From Patescibacteria group bacterium (lineage in GTDB: Bacteria > Patescibacteriota > Patescibacteriia > SG8-24 > DYFX01), in contig JBAZZB010000003.1 in the NCBI GenBank assembly GCA_041659045.1, positions 28,212 to 92,211 on the forward strand: a DNA stretch of 64,000 bases. Direction: 5' to 3'. The notes under the pieces were generated by a model, which saw nothing but the letters and a program-made list of their open reading frames with translations, was not told the origin of the DNA and searched no databases. Position numbers and translations under genes: made by a program. Position 1 is the stretch's first letter. Each line of letters starts with the position of its first letter. Positions 9,808 through 16,818 of this stretch are shown here, in pieces.

Positions 9808-11199
9808 TCAGCCGACAGAACCTTCCATTTCGAGTTCGATCAGCTTGTTGAGCTCCACCGCGTATTCGAGTGGCAGCGACTTGATGATCGGCTCGACGAA
9901 GCCGCTCACGATCATGCGCATGGCCGCGTCCTGCGAGAGGCCGCGCGACATGAGGTAGAACAACTCTTCCTCGCCGATCTTGCCGACCGTCGCTTCGTGT
10001 GCGACATCGACTTTATCGGTCGTGATTTTCATGAACGGATACGTGTTCGAAACCGAACCATCATCGATCAAGAGCGCATCGCACGCCACGCTCGACTTTG
10101 AGCCTTCTGCGGCCGACGTCGCGCTGACATAGCCGCGATACGAAGAAATGCCGCCGCCTTTCGAGATGCTCTTGGCGCGGATCGTGCTCGTCGTGTTCGG
10201 CGCGGCGTGAATCACTTTCGAACCGGTGTCCTGATTCTGTCCGGGACCAGCAAAAGCAACGCCGAGTGAATGCGACTGCGAACCTTCGCCGCGCAAAATC
10301 GAGCACGGATAGAGCATCGTGACGCCCGAGCCCATGTTGCCGTTCACCCATTCGACGATGCCGTTCTTGTCGACAACCGCGCGCTTGGTGTTCAAGTTGT
10401 AAGTGTTCTTGCTCCAGTTCTCGACGCTTGAATAACGAATGCGCGCGCCTTCGTGCACATGGAGTTCTACGCAACCAGCGTGAATCGAACTCGCGTTGTA
10501 GCGAGGTGCCGAGCAACCTTCGATGTACTGCACCTCCGAGCCTTCGTCGGCAATGATCAGCGTGTGCTCGAACTGACCGCCGCGTTCGGCGTTCATACGG
10601 AAGTAGGCTTGAAGCGGAACGTTCACCTTCACGCCCTTCGGCACATAGATGAAGGTGCCGCCGCTCCAGACCGCCGCGTGCAGCATGATGAACTTATGAT
10701 CGTGCGGCGGGATACAATCCGTCATGAAGTATTTCTTCACGAGCTCCGGATATTTCCGGACGGCTTCATCCATGTTCTCGAAGATGACGCCCTTCTCCTC
10801 CCATTCTTTTTTCAAATTGTGGTAGACGACTTCGGAGTCGTACTGCGCGCCCACACCCGAAAGCGAGTGGCGTTCCGCTTCAGGAATGCCGAGTTTCTCG
10901 AACGTCTCGCGAATCTTGTCCGGCACCGTCGCCCACGACTGCGATTCTTCCGCGTCGGGACGCACGAAATACGTGATCTGCTCGAGATCGAGTTTCGAAA
11001 GGTCAGGCCCCCACGAAGGCGTCGGCGTGCGCTTGAACATCTCGAACGCTTTGAGACGCAGCTTCAGCATCCAATCCGGTTCATTCTTTGACGCCGAAAT
11101 TTCTCGAACCACTTCTTCAGTGAGTCCGAGTTCTGCTGTATGGCGCGTTACGCCTTCGGCTGCTTTGTCGTAGATGTCGCGAAAATCTTTATCGGCCAT
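9808..11199 (-). CDS. sufB: Fe-S cluster assembly protein SufB
   Basis: GVGAQYDSE, VWSGGTF, GQFEHTLI, EGCSAP, HEATVG, EMEGSVG. Confidence 0.97.
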   Translation of the reverse strand: MADKDFRDIYDKAAEGVTRHTAELGLTEEVVREISASKNEPDWMLKLRLKAFEMFKRTPTPSWGPDLSKLDLEQITYFVRPDAEESQSWATVPDKIRETFEKLGIPEAERHSLSGVGAQYDSEVVYHNLKKEWEEKGVIFENMDEAVRKYPELVKKYFMTDCIPPHDHKFIMLHAAVWSGGTFIYVPKGVKVNVPLQAYFRMNAERGGQFEHTLIIADEGSEVQYIEGCSAPRYNASSIHAGCVELHVHEGARIRYSSVENWSKNTYNLNTKRAVVDKNGIVEWVNGNMGSGVTMLYPCSILRGEGSQSHSLGVAFAGPGQNQDTGSKVIHAAPNTTSTIRAKSISKGGGISSYRGYVSATSAAEGSKSSVACDALLIDDGSVSNTYPFMKITTDKVDVAHEATVGKIGEEELFYLMSRGLSQDAAMRMIVSGFVEPIIKSLPLEYAVELNKLIELEMEGSVG

Positions 11200-11200
11200 A

Positions 11201-11626
11201 TCACTTCGCCACCCCACTCCGCCCTGCGGGCTCCGCGGGGCAAGCGTCGGCAATCGTCGTATTCATAAGCGTCGCCATGACCTGACCCTGCACTTTCGTG
11301 AGGATGCCCGAGTCATGATGATGCGTGAGCGCCGTACACGCTTCGCGTTCCATCGGACCTTCGACGGCGTTCATCACCTCGGCGACCGTCAGCGTTTTCG
11401 CGTCGCGCACCAAGCGATAGCCGCCTGTCGCGCCGCGCACGCCTTCGATCATCTTGGCCCGACGCAATTCACCCGCAACCTCCTCCAAGAACTTACGCGA
11501 CTCCCCACTCTTCTTCGCTACCTCTTCAATCGAAAGAGGCCCCGCATCCTGAGGACGCTGGGCGAGTTCCGAAACGAGGAGAAGGCCGAGCTGGGCCTTG
11601 CGAGTGACTTTAAGAAGGGATTTCAC
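11201..11626 (-). CDS. Rrf2-family transcriptional regulator
   Basis: wHTH with FLEEVAGELRR...GVRGATGGYRL...VMNAVEG; heads the suf operon. GTG start inferred from promoter position. Confidence 0.88.
   Translation of the reverse strand: MKSLLKVTRKAQLGLLLVSELAQRPQDAGPLSIEEVAKKSGESRKFLEEVAGELRRAKMIEGVRGATGGYRLVRDAKTLTVAEVMNAVEGPMEREACTALTHHHDSGILTKVQGQVMATLMNTTIADACPAEPAGRSGVAK
11212..11244 (-). repeat. REP-like palindromic hairpin inside the Rrf2 3' end
   Basis: CTTG-CCCCGC-GGA-GCCC-GCA-GGGC-GGA-GTGGGG forms a stem, a GGA/GGA internal loop, a second stem and a GCA triloop. Confidence 0.5.
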
Positions 11627-11651
11627 AATTCCTAGTATTCTACTGGGAATT
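11627..11651. promoter_or_regulatory. 25-bp inverted repeat, candidate Rrf2 operator
   Basis: AATTCCTAGTA-TTC-TACTGGGAATT (11-3-11, one mismatch), between the -10 box and the Rrf2 start. Confidence 0.7.
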
Positions 11652-11678
11652 AATACCATAGCCGCAAAATACGGTCAA
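11650..11678 (-). promoter_or_regulatory. sigma70-type promoter of Rrf2-suf operon
   Basis: TTGACC-N17-TATTAA with TG extension. Confidence 0.6.
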
Positions 11679-11694
11679 GAGTACCGCTAAACCA

Positions 11695-11723
11695 TTGACA
11701 AAACCGTATTCCCCTGCTATTCT
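11695..11723 (+). promoter_or_regulatory. sigma70-type promoter
   Basis: TTGACA-N17-TATTCT with TG extension. Confidence 0.65.
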
Positions 11724-11817
11724 TCTCAGTCCGAAATCCACCTCGTATGAGGGGGTCGGCCGCAAGGCTCAGGGGTCGTTTCTGCCCGTCAGAGACATTC
11801 GAGCTAGGAGGTGCCGT

Positions 11818-12165
11818 ATGGCACAAGAAAAGGTTACGTTCGACGTTCTCCAAGGTCCTTCGAAGGGAGACCTGCAAACCGCAGTGTTCCACGGAAAGTC
11901 CGAAGAGCAGCTCCGGGTCCGGTTCAAGATCAAGGCAACGCAGGAGACGACCAAAAAGTCTCATCTCCGCCAAGATCTCCGTCTGGCCACGCTCTTCTTG
12001 AAGGCTCGCCTCCAGGGGGCCGTGCGTGCCGATGGTTCCGGTGAGAACTGGGTGATCAACGGCATGCTCTACCTCGACGATGTGGAGACCGCCTTCTCTG
12101 GCACGTACAGCACCCAGCGCCGCACCGGATTCTTCACCCTCACGTTCGAAGGAGTCGCTCCATGA
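11818..12165 (+). CDS. hypothetical protein
   Basis: MAQEKVTFDVLQGPSKGDL...; SD AGGAGG upstream. Confidence 0.7.
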   Translation: MAQEKVTFDVLQGPSKGDLQTAVFHGKSEEQLRVRFKIKATQETTKKSHLRQDLRLATLFLKARLQGAVRADGSGENWVINGMLYLDDVETAFSGTYSTQRRTGFFTLTFEGVAP

Positions 12166-12605
12166 TCCAACGCGTTCTTTCCTACGTCTGCCTCTCCCTC
12201 GCCACCGCACTCCTCCTCTCCGTGCTCGTCAACGACTGCGGTGACGAAGTTGCCGACGGCAGGCGCGAGCGCAACACGCTCGTCTCCCGGATCGCCGGCA
12301 TCGAGCGTTACTACCACTGCGAGCACACGGAGACCGTCTACCACGATGGCGACGGCGTCCTGGAAGAGCGAGGATACGAATGGGTCTGGGTCTGCGACGA
12401 TGCACCCACCCTGATGCCGAAGAACGGCACCTACGTACCGCTCTCTACGGAGACGATCACACAGAGCCACTGGCTCCGCACGGTCGCGACGATCGAAACC
12501 TGGCACGAAGGCGTCCTCGGAGGCCTTCTCGCCGTGATCGGTCTCATCCTGCTCGTGCGTTCGTTGCCACCTCTTCCACCGAAGCCCGACACGCCTCTCC
12601 CCTAG
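12162..12605 (+). CDS. hypothetical membrane protein (2 TM)
   Basis: ATGA overlap with the previous gene, SD GAAGGAG, N- and C-terminal hydrophobic helices. Confidence 0.7.
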   Translation: MIQRVLSYVCLSLATALLLSVLVNDCGDEVADGRRERNTLVSRIAGIERYYHCEHTETVYHDGDGVLEERGYEWVWVCDDAPTLMPKNGTYVPLSTETITQSHWLRTVATIETWHEGVLGGLLAVIGLILLVRSLPPLPPKPDTPLP

Positions 12606-12611
12606 CCTCCG

Positions 12612-12666
12612 CGCACCCGCGCACGAAGAGCATTCCTCGCTCTCGTGTCGGGTGCTCTTTGTTTTC
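12612..12666 (+). terminator. putative terminator
   Basis: GCACCCG...CGGGTGC long imperfect hairpin followed by TCTTTGTTTT. Confidence 0.45.
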
Positions 12667-12701
12667 AAAAATTTTGTCGTATACTCGGTGCGGAGGTACC
12701 T

Positions 12702-13049
12702 ATGGAATCCTGGCACTTGGACCTGTTGGCCAAAGCACGACTGCCGAGCGATCTCAATCGGCTGATCGGTCAAACTGTCGAGTATGCTTGTCGCTTGGAC
12801 GGTAGCGACAAGCACTCGCGCATCATCCGCGGCGTCGCTTTCGGCGGAATTCCTGACGACAAGCCGATCGATCCCGGCGATCGTATCGATGCAACACTGT
12901 TTCTGATCCTCTCAGATGATGGGCCTTCGCGTGAGTCGCAAGAACTCTTTCCCTCACTCGCCTTCGACGGCGCGCGTTGGACGCTCTATGCAAAAGACCC
13001 GCTGAACACCGAAATACACTATGCAGTCGTCTCTATCCGTTTCCCGTGA
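12702..13049 (+). CDS. hypothetical protein
   Basis: TATACT -10 box and GGAGG SD upstream of ATG 12702; followed by a terminator. Confidence 0.65.
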   Translation: MESWHLDLLAKARLPSDLNRLIGQTVEYACRLDGSDKHSRIIRGVAFGGIPDDKPIDPGDRIDATLFLILSDDGPSRESQELFPSLAFDGARWTLYAKDPLNTEIHYAVVSIRFP

Positions 13050-13096
13050 CTTCGTCACGGGTTTTTCATAAAAAATGACGCGGACAGAGTCCGCGC
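13043..13096. terminator. two convergent intrinsic terminators
   Basis: CCCGTGAC-TTC-GTCACGGG-TTTTT on +; GCGCGGAC-TCT-GTCCGCGT-CATTTTT on -. Confidence 0.65.
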
Positions 13097-13232
13097 CGAG
13101 GTGGGGGTTCAGTGTGTCCGATCATCCGTAGCTCGGATGTCGAACGGGTGCGATCAGTGATCGCGGGGGTTGGCGGCCTTCACGAGGCTCAGCCGCAGCA
13201 GACGCGACCCCATCGCACCCGGCGCCGACCGA

Positions 13233-13376
13233 TCACATGGTCTCGGTCGAGCCGCCGACGCCGGCGCCGATGCCGGTGTTGGTTGAGGTGTCGCTATCAC
13301 GGGCGTCGTCGTTGACCCCGAGGTTCCACTTGATGTGGGTGGGGTGCTTCGGCACCATGGACGGATGGATCTTCAT
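13233..13376 (-). CDS. small 47-aa peptide (not in ORF track)
   Basis: MKIHPSMVPKHPTHIKWNLGVNDDARDSDTSTNTGIGAGVGGSTETM; GGAGG SD, promoter TTGACG-N17-TAGCTT (13435-13463), GC3-rich codons, downstream terminator. Confidence 0.6.
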   Translation of the reverse strand: MKIHPSMVPKHPTHIKWNLGVNDDARDSDTSTNTGIGAGVGGSTETM

Positions 13377-13481
13377 CGTTGCGAGCCTCCATGAGGAGTT
13401 GCGTCACGACCCAACGCGGGCCGCTTCGGAATCCAAGCTATCAAAACTTTTTAAGGTCGTCAAGGGGAATACCCGGCAACC

Positions 13482-13510
13482 TTGCTTGTTTTCGGCCTTT
13501 TCGCTATAGT
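13482..13510 (+). promoter_or_regulatory. promoter of infC-rpmI-rplT
   Basis: TTGCTT-N17-TATAGT. Confidence 0.55.
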
Positions 13511-13545
13511 AGCCCTCGTAATCAACTTTCCGAGATCGGCCCCCA

Positions 13546-14097
13546 ATGCGTATTCACCCGAAAAAATTCCGCCGCCCCGTCGACGTCGCGCCGCTCTATC
13601 GGGCCAACTTGCAAATCCAGGCACCCGAAGTTCGCGTCATCGATGAAAACGGTGTGAACCTGGGGGTCCTTCCGACGGCACAAGCCGCCGCGACGGCGCA
13701 GGAACGCGGCTACGACCTCGTCGAGGTCGACCCGCGACCGCAGCCGCCGATCTGCAAGATCCTGAACCTCGGCCAATTCAAGTACGAACGCGAGCGCGAG
13801 ATGCGTAAGCAAAAGGCCAAGGCCAAGCAGGTCGAAGTCAAAGGCATCCGCCTCTCCCCGCGCATCGGAGCGCACGACCGCGAGACGCGTATGAGGCTCG
13901 CCGAACGCTTCCTCGAAGAGGGAGATAAGCTCAGAATCGAGATTATCTTGCGAGGTCGCGAGAAGGCCCACGCCGAACTGGCGAAAGGGGTCATCCAGAA
14001 CTTCGTGAAGTCGCTGCAAGAGAAATTCCCTTTGAATATCGAGCAAGCGATCGCCGTTCAAGGAGGCCAGTTGACAATGATCGTTGGAAAGAAGTAA
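13546..14097 (+). CDS. infC: translation initiation factor IF-3
   Basis: EVRVIDENG, DLVEV, PPICKI..G.FKYE, LRGRE. Confidence 0.97.
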   Translation: MRIHPKKFRRPVDVAPLYRANLQIQAPEVRVIDENGVNLGVLPTAQAAATAQERGYDLVEVDPRPQPPICKILNLGQFKYEREREMRKQKAKAKQVEVKGIRLSPRIGAHDRETRMRLAERFLEEGDKLRIEIILRGREKAHAELAKGVIQNFVKSLQEKFPLNIEQAIAVQGGQLTMIVGKK

Positions 14098-14109
14098 ACT
14101 ACGCCCGCT

Positions 14110-14310
14110 ATGAAAGCCAAAACGAAGAAGGCCTTCGCCAAGCGCATCAAAGTCACCAAAAACGGGAAACTTTTGAAGCGCGCCGCCGGCCAGGATCACT
14201 TTAATGCCCGTGATACGGGCACGCAGACCAAGCGCAAGCGCCGGGACACCAATATGTCGGAGTCCTACCGCCACTCGCTCAAGAGCCTGCTTCCTCACCA
14301 CAACGTCTAA
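14110..14310 (+). CDS. rpmI: 50S ribosomal protein L35
   Basis: KTKKAFAKRIKVTKNGK; conserved infC-rpmI-rplT order. Confidence 0.95.
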   Translation: MKAKTKKAFAKRIKVTKNGKLLKRAAGQDHFNARDTGTQTKRKRRDTNMSESYRHSLKSLLPHHNV

Positions 14311-14313
14311 TCT

Positions 14314-14673
14314 ATGCCGCGCGTCAAACGAGGTCTCGTCCGCGCCCGCAAGCGCGCCCGCATCTTGAAAAAGACGAAGGGCATGATGTGGGGCCGCAAG
14401 AGCAAGATCAAACTTGCTAAAACCGCCGCCACCAAGGCTGGCGCCTATGCCTACCGCGACCGCCGCACCAAGAAGCGCGTCATGCGCTCTCTCTGGCTCC
14501 TGCGTATGAACGCGGGTCTCCGCGAACTCGGACTGTCCTACAGCAAGTTCGCAGGCATGCTCAAGAAGGCTAAAATCGGCCTCGACCGCAAGGTTCTCTC
14601 CGATTTGGCCGCCAACCACCCCGAAATCTTCAAGGCTTTGGTCGAAACGACCGTCAAATTGGCCTCGAAATAA
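14314..14673 (+). CDS. rplT: 50S ribosomal protein L20
   Basis: MPRVKRG, AYRDRR.KKR, LDRKVLSDLA. Confidence 0.97.
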   Translation: MPRVKRGLVRARKRARILKKTKGMMWGRKSKIKLAKTAATKAGAYAYRDRRTKKRVMRSLWLLRMNAGLRELGLSYSKFAGMLKKAKIGLDRKVLSDLAANHPEIFKALVETTVKLASK

Positions 14674-14709
14674 GATCAAATCAAGAAAGTCAGGGCGACC
14701 CCAAAAGCC

Positions 14710-14738
14710 TTGACTTTTTTGCTATTTTGTGATATCTT
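14710..14738 (+). promoter_or_regulatory. sigma70-type promoter
   Basis: TTGACT-N17-TATCTT with TG extension. Confidence 0.55.
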
Positions 14739-14847
14739 GGCGTGTCCCTACAACGTAGGGTCCAGCCGTCAAATGGGCGGTTGCCAGCCATTTCATAACC
14801 ACGTCCGTTAACCCGTTCCTTTTAACCATCGACCCAGGAGGTGGCCC

Positions 14848-16329
14848 ATGAGCCACGACGACGGAAAATGCCCTGACTGCAACGGAGATTGGTCGACGCA
14901 CACCCTGTGCGTCAACGACCTCGGCGAGCTGTACGGGGACTGCGAACGCAACCCCGATGACGGCATCGACCCCTACATGAAGCTGTACTGGGACCACGCC
15001 CTGTTGAAGGAGCAGATCGAGAAGATCCGCTCCGGCAACACCGAAGAGATCGACCGGCTCAAGCGTGAGCACGGCACCGAGCTCGACGGCCAGAAGCAGC
15101 AGCTGCAGCAGCTGCGCACCGAACTGCAGAGCGCGAATGCGCGCGTCCGCAGCGTCGACGCGATCGTGAAGTCCGAGACCGCGCGCGTTCAGAGTGTGCT
15201 CGAGGAGGCTCACAAGGCCGCACTCGACACTCGCCTGAAGGCGCTCGAGCAGGCTCACGAGACCGTGCTCCAGGGTCGTCAGACGGTGCTCGACGAGCTC
15301 CAGAACCGGTACGACTCGCTCACGACGCTCCTTCGGGCAACCGAAGACAACGTCGGCGCGCGTGACAACCGGATCGCCGAGCTCGATGCGAACCTCACCG
15401 CCCAACGGCTGGGGTTCGACACGGAGCGGAACGCTCTCGAGTCGCGCTACCGCGAACTGGACGATCGGTTCACGATCGAGGTCAACTCGCGTGTCCAGGC
15501 AGAAGATGCCAGGAGCACGGCCGAGTCCGCCAAGGACAAGGCCGAGCGCCATGCTCGCCTCGCACTGAGCGAGGAGGAGATGGCCAAGAGCGAGCTGAAG
15601 TGCGTGGCGGCAGAGCTCAAGGAGCTCAAGTCGATGCTCGCGCAGCTGGGTGGCGCTGACAGCATTCGCATGCTGAAGGTGATCCAGTGGTACGAGCACA
15701 TGCACGGACCGATCCCGCAGGACGTCGAGATGCAAATTCTCGCCGGCCTCGAGGTTGTTCCGAGCACGGAGTCCGCCGTTTCGGAGGTCCTGTCGGCGTC
15801 TGCTGACGACGCTGTCGTCTCGCAGCTCGACGACTCGACCAACGAAGGCTCCGTCGTTTCGGACTCGCAGCTGGCTTCATCGACGGAACCCGTCGCCGAA
15901 GCCCAGATCGAGAACGAGGCGAATACCGGGAACGGCGAAGTCGGTGCGACCACCGACCCGGTGATCGAGCTCAGCCTGCACAGCTCGCGCATCGTCGGAA
16001 GCGTTGATGACATCATCGCTGAGCTCGACGCGCAGTCGAACAGCGATGGAGCGCAAGCGCCGATGCAGTGCGAGTCGCCCGAAGGGTGCACGAACGGCGC
16101 GACCAAGGTCGCTACGCTCAAGTTCCCGGACGGTACCGAGCTCGAAGTGCCGGCGTGCAACGCGTGCGCGGCGCATCCGGCGCCCTTTCTGCCGGCACTG
16201 TACGGAAACGGCATTCAGCTCGACGAGGACGAGCTGAGGGACCTGTTCATCAACATCGATCCGGACGACAACATCCTCACGTCCTCAACCCACAACCAGC
16301 CCGCACAGGAGGCTTCGCACCATGCCTAG
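14848..16329 (+). CDS. hypothetical coiled-coil protein with terminal Cys motifs
   Basis: SD AGGAGG; CPDC..H..C at the N-terminus, long heptad region, acidic linker, CESPEGC...CNAC near the C-terminus. Confidence 0.8.
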   Translation: MSHDDGKCPDCNGDWSTHTLCVNDLGELYGDCERNPDDGIDPYMKLYWDHALLKEQIEKIRSGNTEEIDRLKREHGTELDGQKQQLQQLRTELQSANARVRSVDAIVKSETARVQSVLEEAHKAALDTRLKALEQAHETVLQGRQTVLDELQNRYDSLTTLLRATEDNVGARDNRIAELDANLTAQRLGFDTERNALESRYRELDDRFTIEVNSRVQAEDARSTAESAKDKAERHARLALSEEEMAKSELKCVAAELKELKSMLAQLGGADSIRMLKVIQWYEHMHGPIPQDVEMQILAGLEVVPSTESAVSEVLSASADDAVVSQLDDSTNEGSVVSDSQLASSTEPVAEAQIENEANTGNGEVGATTDPVIELSLHSSRIVGSVDDIIAELDAQSNSDGAQAPMQCESPEGCTNGATKVATLKFPDGTELEVPACNACAAHPAPFLPALYGNGIQLDEDELRDLFINIDPDDNILTSSTHNQPAQEASHHA

Positions 16330-16759
16330 CATGACCTCACTCCGCTCGTCCGCCCCCAAGACGAAGACCAAGGCCGGTTCCGGACGCCACACGATCATCT
16401 GGATCGTCGGCGCCATGATCGTCGCGATTCTGGCCTTCATCGGCCTGAAGAGCTTCATCTGGAGCCCGGACCAGGCCGCGAACGCGACCCAGACCATCAC
16501 GGACCGCAACAACGGCACCGCGGAGGCCCCCAGCCCGAAGAACAACATCTACTGCACGACCCACGCCGACGACCCCGATCCGTTCCCTTCGTGGTACTGC
16601 TCGGAGTTCCGCGACTGGGCCCAGAAGATCGAGACTCGCGAGTCGGGGTCGAGCAACACCCTGCTCTGGATCGCCGTCGCGATCCTCACACTCCTGAACC
16701 TCTTCACCTTGTCGCTCGTCGCCAAGAAGAAGGATGGAGTTCCACCCACAACCCCCTAA
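16322..16759 (+). CDS. hypothetical membrane protein (2 TM)
   Basis: SD CAGGAGG; two TM helices; overlaps the upstream stop. Confidence 0.75.
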   Translation: MPSMTSLRSSAPKTKTKAGSGRHTIIWIVGAMIVAILAFIGLKSFIWSPDQAANATQTITDRNNGTAEAPSPKNNIYCTTHADDPDPFPSWYCSEFRDWAQKIETRESGSSNTLLWIAVAILTLLNLFTLSLVAKKKDGVPPTTP

Positions 16760-16777
16760 CCCCACCTCAGCTCAGAA

Positions 16778-16818
16778 GTCCGGTGTGTCGCAAGACGCAC
16801 CGGACCTATTTTTTTATT
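16778..16818 (+). terminator. intrinsic terminator
   Basis: GTCCGGTGTGTC-GCAA-GACGCACCGGAC followed by CTATTTTTT. Confidence 0.75.

Noticed and set aside
13154-13213. 19-aa ORF MGSRLLRLSLVKAANPRDH downstream of the 47-aa peptide, or TGA read-through of that peptide
   Set aside because: No SD and too short to support. TGA is a normal stop in many conserved genes here, so alternative code 25 is excluded.
13546-13554. Non-AUG (ATT) start for infC
   Set aside because: An in-frame ATG lies two codons before the ATT; the sequence alone cannot show AUU initiation.
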